From NCBI GenBank assembly GCA_964439675.1, contig CAYTRA010000001.1:1-32518 (forward strand): a DNA stretch of 32,518 nt, written 5' to 3'. This document shows positions 1-7,400 of the stretch, piece by piece. The notes beneath the pieces are model-generated. The model made no database searches, was not told the origin of the DNA, and saw nothing but the letters and a program-made list of their open reading frames with translations. Position 1 is the first letter of the stretch. Every line of letters starts with the position of its first letter. The stretch comes from an uncultured Dehalococcoidaceae bacterium. GTDB lineage: Bacteria > Chloroflexota > Dehalococcoidia > UBA2979. The position numbers were made by a program, and so were the translations under genes.

Positions 1-1033
1 GGTCCTGCGCCTCATCCATCACGTGGCGGATCGCCGCTTCCGCGGCCGCGACGCGGCCCTGCGCCAGCCAGAGGAGGGGGAGCCCCGGCTCGGGTGGCCG
101 TCCCCAGCGGCTCGCCTCGCGGTAGCGTTCCTCCGCGAGCGCGAACTCGCCCCGCAGTCGGTGCGCCTCCGCCAGTTGGTACACGGCCGGGCCGAGGGCC
201 GGGTGCGGGGGTGGGCGCGACAGGATCTCGTAGGCGCGACGGCCCTCCTCCAGCGCGTCCGGCCATGCGCCCTGGACCCGCATGACCTCCGACCGATAGG
301 CGAGGCACTGGCCCCGGTACGGCACCATGTCCGGTTGGTCCTCGCACCACCGGGTCAGCGCCGCGGTCCACTCGCGCGCGCGGCGCACCTCGAAGCCGTC
401 GAGGCAGGCCTCCAGGGCGCTGCAGTAGACGATCCCGATCACGATCGGTGAGAGTTCGCGCGCCGTGAGGTCCACCATCACGTCGTCCAGCAGCGCGAGG
501 CCGTCCGCCGGATGGTCCGACTGCAACAGCGCGCGGCCCGCGCCGTGGCGCGCGAGGGTCTCGAGGTCGGCGTCGTGGTGTTGCACGCCGGCGGCTACGC
601 CGCGCTCGAAGTGGTCGCGGGCGGCGGCCCAGTCGCCCGCGCCGACCGCCTGCAGGGCAGTGAGGACCGCGACGTAGCCCTGCTCGACGCAGTCGTCGGG
701 GCAGTCCTCGATCAGGCGGTGTGCCCGCGCAGCCCAGCCGCCGGCGCGCTCCGGTTCGCCCCGTTGCATCACGATCGAGACGAGCCAGAACGCCGCTCGC
801 AGGGCCGCCCTGGGATCGCCGGCGGCCAGCGCCTCGTGGTGCCGCCGCTCGAGCAGCGCGATGGAGTCCTCCTCGCGGCCGAGGAGGTGCGCGGCAATGC
901 TCATCCGCTCGAGGTCCTCGCCGCCGAGCGGCCTCGCGGCATCGGCCTCAGCGAGGAGTGCGTACGCGTCCGGCCATTGCCGCCGGTCGTAGGCAGCGCG
1001 TCCGCGTTCGAGGGGATTGCGATGCGCCGTCAC
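1..1033 (-). CDS. LuxR-family-type transcriptional regulator, N-terminal helical-repeat (TPR-like) part; the 3-prime end and expected HTH lie outside the window
   Basis: Absent from the ORF track because it runs off the window edge. I reverse-complemented 1-1033 and confirmed that no TTA/CTA/TCA falls in this frame. GTG at 1033-1031 is the first start codon after an in-frame TGA (1069-1067). The translation is VTAHRNPLERGRAAYDRRQWPDAYALLAEADAARPLGGEDLERMSIAAHLLGREEDSIALLERRHHEAL...RRAREWTAALTRWCEDQPDMVPYRGQCLAYRSEVMRVQGAWPDALEE...YQLAEAHRLRGEFALAEERYREA. From memory this matches the N-terminal sensor region of a widespread LuxR-family regulator class. Third-position GC is high. Track ORFs 12-371, 23-451, 512-1189 and 721-1221 are other frames of this gene. 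Confidence 0.6.
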   Translation of the reverse strand, partial: MTAHRNPLERGRAAYDRRQWPDAYALLAEADAARPLGGEDLERMSIAAHLLGREEDSIALLERRHHEALAAGDPRAALRAAFWLVSIVMQRGEPERAGGWAARAHRLIEDCPDDCVEQGYVAVLTALQAVGAGDWAAARDHFERGVAAGVQHHDADLETLARHGAGRALLQSDHPADGLALLDDVMVDLTARELSPIVIGIVYCSALEACLDGFEVRRAREWTAALTRWCEDQPDMVPYRGQCLAYRSEVMRVQGAWPDALEEGRRAYEILSRPPPHPALGPAVYQLAEAHRLRGEFALAEERYREASRWGRPPEPGLPLLWLAQGRVAAAEAAIRHVMDEAQD

Positions 1034-1386
1034 ACGGCACCGCTCCCATCCGGCCGGAGGGCCGACTCAATGGCATCGTACGAGAAGCACGCATGGCATG
1101 TCCTCGCAATCGCCGGTGGAGGCTCGCGTTCGCGAGGGACTCGATGCTGCGTACCGGATGCAGCCGCGGCGGGGCGATTAGATGCGTGATGCCGACGCTT
1201 ACGAGTGGTAATCCGACATAAGGCTCGCTTTACTGATCCTTGACTGATCAGCACTGACTGACGCCTATCTTCAGGAAGTCATAAGCGTCCAGTATTTGCC
1301 ATAGCGATTTCATCGCAGATAGTGCGGGCGCTCGTGCTCCCCGCTCCCTGTGTGGCTCGCACAGGTCCTTCTCTTGCAGATCGCGC

Positions 1387-1400
1387 GGAACAAGTGTTCC
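1387..1400. promoter_or_regulatory. Perfect 14-bp palindrome GGAACAAGTGTTCC (GAAC-N4-GTTC, Cheo/LexA-box-like) in the leader of the giant surface-protein gene
   Basis: Read directly from the sequence. It sits 52 nt upstream of the ATG at 1452 and has the same core as the box in front of imuB at 15228-15241. Function is not demonstrated. Confidence 0.35.
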
Positions 1401-1451
1401 CGCATATCGCTGCGGTTCCTCGACCGTGGTGACTCTGGACGGGTGGTCCCG

Positions 1452-4400
1452 ATGCTGGCTCGGACGGCAGGCCGAACTCGACACTCTGGCGGCCTGATTG
1501 CCGTCATGGCCGTTGCGGCCCTCGCGCTGCTACTGCTGCTGAACGGGCGGGGCGGTGCCTATGCGGATCCGCTCCCGTTCGTGACGATCGAGGCGCCGGA
1601 AGAGCCGTTCTACAACGAGGCGTTCGACTTCACGTTGCTCTTCGACAACACGGACGCGGACGAGCCCGGCTACGGCCCCTTCATCGACCTGGAACTGCCG
1701 CCCACGCTCGCGTACAACGGCGCGAACTACCTGTCAGTCGCGCTGGACGATGACACGTTCGTGTGCGCCGTGGAGGGTGAATACACCCACCCCCTCACGA
1801 GTGAGACCCGCACCTGTACCCCCGGCAACACCGTCGCCGTCATCGTGCTCCCGTTCGGGAGTTTTGTGCCGCCGCAGCCGGCGGCTCCGGTCACGATCTC
1901 GTCGTTCGTGAACAGCGGCACGCCTGGCATCGTCGGCGTGGCGCAGGAGATCCGCGCAACGGGCGGCTTCCGCTTCGGTTCGCTCCCCACGGGCTCGACG
2001 CCCCTCTGGCAGGGCGGCGCGAGCATCGAGAACGTCACGCCCTCGATCATTCGCCTGCGCAAGGAGTACGTCGGCCCGGAGAGCGAGACGGCGACCGGCC
2101 CCAACTTCCCGCGGCAGTACCGCATCATCGCGGACGTCGCCGACGGCCAGACGCTGAACGACTTCGACCTGGTCGACTCCCTCCCCAACGATCTCGCGTT
2201 CCTGTCCGCGGCCGCGGTGACCGCGGACGGCGCCGTGGAGGCCGCGCCCCCGGTCGGGGTGCCCTCGAACGCGCCGGCCAACGAGGTGCGCGTCGGTTGG
2301 GCGGCCATCACTGGCGGCCTGGGCGACAACGACGCGCAGATGACGGTGGACTTCTTCGCCCCGCTGGACGACGCGAACGCCGCCCCCCTGCTGGATGCCG
2401 CCACGGGCGCGCCCGTCCCCACCGTGAACGATGCGCTGGCCCGCGGCACCTGGACCGCCACGGGCGCCCTCGTGACCAGCAACGCCACCGCCAACGACCA
2501 CACCCTCACCCTGAGGTCGCTGGCGATCCAGAAGTCCGTGACCAACCTGACCCACCCGGACCCCGCGGCTACGCGGCCCGGGGACGTGCTGCAGTGGACG
2601 CTGAACATCCAGGTCTCGGACTTCTTCGCCTTCCAGAACCTGAACATCCTGGACGAGTTCACTGACGGCCAGGACTTCAACGCCGGGTTCATCCCCACGC
2701 TTGCCTGGCAGGACTCCGGAGGACGCGCCAGCGCCGCTGCTCCCTTCAACGCGGCGAACTACACGGTCGTCGAGGGGGCCGGCGGCCCGCCCGACGGCTC
2801 CGGCCAGCCGGTGCGCGGGCGGATCACGTTCGACATCTCCGCCGAGAAGATCACGCGCGCCTCGGATGCCCGCCTCGTCGGCGGCTGCGTGCCCATCGAT
2901 GGCGTGCCCGAGCCGGGCGAGGGCGAGCCGTGGGTGCCGGACTGCGCCGTGTACAACGACGGCCAGACCACGGCGACCATCGTCTTCCAGACGGTGGTGC
3001 GCGACGAGTACGACTACTTCCACACCCTCGGCTCCGGCTTCTCGCCCATCGTGCAGGGTGACAGCGTGAGCAACAGCGTGCAGATCTGGGGCGACGTGCT
3101 CTCCATCCAGGACGCCGCGACGCCCACCGGCTCGACCGTTACGGACACCAGCAGCGCACACGTCGAGATCCCCGTCGGCCAGGTGCAGAAGTCGATCGTC
3201 GCGGTCAACGGCGGCGCCCCCTCCGGGTGGCTCGAGCCCGGCGACGAGGTGACCTACCGGATCCGGTACGACCTTCCCATCACCCGCTTCGAGAACTTCG
3301 CCTTCACGGACTTCCTCCCGCTCCCGGTCTTCGACTCCACCGAGGGCGGGGCCGCATGGACGCAGGGCGCGGATGGCGTGGCGCCGCCCGCCGGGCAGTG
3401 GGCCCTCGGTCCCGCGAACACGTTCACGGGCGCCGTGCCCACCGTCACGTCCGCCGTGGCGCCGGCCAACACCATCACGTTCGACTACGGCGACTACGAC
3501 GACGACCTCAGCCCCGCGACCGTCGTGGAGGTCCTCTTCACCGTGACCGTGAAGGATGACCCCTTCGCGGACGGCCTCTTCCTCACGAACCAGGTGAGGG
3601 CCACCGAGTCCTCCACGGAGTCGGAGGTGTCTGACGCCGACGCGATCGTCCAGATCCGCCTCGGCCAGCCGGACGTCCAGATCCGGAAGGGCGTCATCGA
3701 CGCCCCGGCCCACGCCACCCTGGGTGCCGGCTGCGTCCTCCCCGACCCGGTGACGACCTACCTCGAGGCCGGCGTCGACTGCGACGTCAGCGGCGTGGAC
3801 GCGGGCGACGAGGTGACCTTCGTCGTGGTGCTCGACAACATCGGGCACGCGAGCGCGTATGACCTGACCGTGACGGACACGCTGCCGGCGGGGCTCACGA
3901 ACGCCGCGCTGGTGGACGTCCGCGACGGGACCGGCACCGTCCTCACGGACGGCGTGGACTACAACGGCGACCTCTTTGGCGCCGGCATTGCCTTCCTCAC
4001 CCCCGTCGCGGGCCTCGATGAGGGCGTCCCCTCGGACGGCACGAACGTCCGTGTCCTCACGTTCACGGCGGACGTGGCGGCGACGGTGGTCCCCGGCGTC
4101 ACGCTGACGAACACGGCGACCATCACCAACTACGCGGGACAGCCCGCCGCCCAGAACCACGTCCCCGCCGGCCGTTCCGACAACGCGACGGCAACGGTGA
4201 CCTCCGCGCAGATCGCGAAGACCATCGACGCCACGTCTGAGGCCCACACCACCGGAACCACCGTCACCATCGGCGAGGTCGTGGCCTACGAGGTGGTCGC
4301 GACCTTCCCAGAGGGGACGGCGGCGGACGCCCGCATCACGGACTCGCTGCCAACCGGCACGCGGTTCCTCCAGTGCGCCGCGGTCGACTCGTACGTGGCA

Positions 4401-7400
4401 TCCGGACACCTGACGGTGGAGGACGCCACCTGCGCCAACTCCGGCACCAGCACGAACCTGGTGTTTGACTTCGGCGACGTGGTGAACCCGGCCGCGGCGG
4501 ACTCCACGCCGGGCACCATCACCATCCGGTACGACGTGCTCGTCGAGAACGTGGCCGCGAACGTCCGAGGCATGACGCGCGTGAACTCCGCGTCGCTTGC
4601 CTTCACCGGCGGCGGCGCCGGACCGGCCACGACCACCATGACGATCGCGGAGCCGACGCTCTCGATCACCAAGGCGTTCGAGGATGACATCGCCGACGCC
4701 CTGGACCAGACCTCGATCACGCTGACCATCGAGCACACCGGTCCCAGCAACGAGACCGCGTACGACGTCGCGCTGTCCGACGTGCTGAGCGAGCACCTGG
4801 AGTACGTGCCCGCCTCGATCACCTGCACCGGTGACGTCGCGGCCGCCACCTGCGAGGTGGACGGCGACACCGTCGAGGCCTCGTGGACGGCGATCGATCC
4901 CGGTGAGACGGTCACGGTCGTCCTCGGCGTGGAGGTGCTCACCTCCGTGGGCACGGGCGGGTCGATCTCGAACACGGCGAACATCACCTGGACCGGTCTG
5001 CCCGGCGCCAACGGTGCGGCCGCGCCAGGTGGCGCCGGTAGCAGCACGGGTGAGCGCACCGGAGCCGGTGGCGTGAACTCCTACAACGCCACGGCGACGG
5101 ACACCCTCAACATCTTCGGGTTCAGCCCCGGCAAGTCGCTGCGCGCCACCTCCGAGGCCCACACCACCGAGGTGAGCGGCGTGGAGCGCGTCGCGGTCGG
5201 CGAGGTGGTGACGTACCGCCTCGTCGTGCGGGTGGCTGAAGGCGCGACCACGAACGTGAGCGTGCTGGACCGGCTGCCCCCGGGCTACCAGTACCTCGGC
5301 AACCCGCGCCTGGCGCTGGTCTCCACCACCGGCACGAACCTCACCTCCAGCAGCGGCACCATCGATGGCGGCGCCTGTGGCGTCGCGGGCATCGAGGCGC
5401 CCGCGGACCTGGATGACGGTTGCGCGCTGAACGCCGCGAACGTCACCACGGGCGGCGGCCCCGGCGACGACGTGACCTTCACCCTGGGCACCCTCACCAA
5501 CGCCGACGACGACGCGGACGAGGAGTTCGCCGTCATCGAATACGACGCCCTGGTGCTGAACGTCGTGGGCAACCAGTCCAACACCAGCCTGGCCAACGAC
5601 TTCGTCGTCCGCGTGGACGGCGCCCCGCAGGCCACGTCCAACTCGGTCACGGTCCGGGTGGCCGAGCCGGCCATCAGCATCGTGAAGGCTGTGACCACGC
5701 CGGCGACCGAGGCCGGTGACGCGGTGGAGTACACCCTCACCGTCAGCAACACCGCCAGCGGCGCGAACGCGGCCGCCGGCTTCGACCTGGTGGTGACGGA
5801 CTCGTTCCCCGGATCGCTCACCAACGTGGCCATCGACGACGTGCAGTACGACGCCGCCTCGTGCGGCGCCGTGGTGATGAGCCACACGGAGGACGTGACC
5901 GGCAACGACGTCACCGTCACGGTTACCTGTCTCAACCCCGGTGAGGACGTCGTCATCACTGTCACGGCAGATGTCGGTGACAGCGCCGACGCCGGCCTGC
6001 TCGTGGAGAACGAGGCGACGGTCACCTACTCGAGCCTCCCGGGCGACCAGGGTGCCGGCGCCCCCGGCGACTCCGGCGACTCCGACGGCGAGCGAAACGG
6101 CGCCGGTGGGGTGAACGACTACACGAACTCCTCGGAGGCGGCGTTCTCGCTGACCGTTCCGACCATCGACAAGCGCAACCCGAGCCCAGCCGCCGCCACC
6201 ATCGGTGAGACCGTGACGTGGGACATCCTGCTGTGGATCCCGGACGGCGTAACGCAGGACCTGGTCGTGACGGACCACCTGCCGGCGGGGCTCACGCTCC
6301 AGGGTGTGACGCTCCACACCGCGGCGGCCGACGCACCGGGGCTGATCACGGACGACTTCAACGGCACCGTGGTCCTCGGCGCGGTGGACGGCACGACCGG
6401 TGACATCGAGGTCACCCTCGGTTCGCCGGCGGCCACGGCGGACGGTGACGGCGACAACAACCGCTTTGTCCTGCGCGTCACCGCGCACGTGGACAACGTG
6501 ATCGGCAACCAGCGCACGGATACGCGCTCCAACACCGCTTCGGCCACCTTCACCGACCCCGAGTCGGGCGAGACGGCGATGACGGACGCCACCCCGCCGA
6601 GCGCGTTCACGATCCTGGAGCCTGAACTCGCGGTCACGAAGAGCCTGGCCACGCCCGAGGGCCGCGAGGCCGGTGACCGCGTGACCTACACCCTGGTCGT
6701 CGACCACATCGATGCCAGCAGCGACTCCACCGCGTACGACGTGACGATCAGCGACACGCTGCCGGCCCTTCTCACGCTCGACGCCACCTCGGTGGAGGTC
6801 TCGTCGGACGGCGCGTGCACCGGCGTGAGCGGAGCGACCGTCGCCGCGAACGGCTTCTCCCTGACCGTGGACTCGATGGCCCTCGACTGTGCTGTCACCA
6901 TCGAGTACGAGGCCGTCATCCACGTGGACGTGAACCCCGGGCAGGCGTTGGACAACGACGCCTTCGCGACGTGGGCGTCCATCGATGGCGCGACCGGCGC
7001 CGAGGCCTCGGGCCGCACGGGCGCCGACGGGCTGCCGGGCGGGGGCGTGCTGAATGATTACCGCGCCGAGGACACGGTCCAGCTGCTGATCGATGGTGAC
7101 TTCGCCATCAGCAAGCAGCGCGTGGCGTCCGACAACGCGGACACGCTCAACGGCAACCTCGCGATTGGCGAGACGGTCACGTTCGAACTCACCGGCCAGG
7201 TGCTCAGCGGCACCATCGAGGACGTGAGCGTCCGCGACAACATCCCCCCGGGCATGCGCTTCATCGAGGACTCCGAGGAGTTCGAGGCGGATGACTTCGG
7301 CGGCACCATCGCGGAACCCACGGTGACCTGCGCCGGTACCTGTGAGGCCGGCGATGACGTGACCTTCACGTTCGGCCAGGTGGTGAACACGCCGGGCGTG

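Noticed and set aside
1248-1313. A 21-codon minus-strand mini-ORF (MKSLWQILDAYDFLKIGVSQC) in the AT-richer island.
   Set aside because: It has no SD and low GC3, and it is too short to distinguish from chance.
1350-1451. A GTG start at 1350 for giant gene 1.
   Set aside because: The extra 34 residues (VWLAQVLLLQIARNKCSRISLRFLDRGDSGRVVP) precede an otherwise canonical signal peptide. They also span the leader hairpin and the GAAC-N4-GTTC palindrome. ATG 1452 is preferred, though this is not proven.
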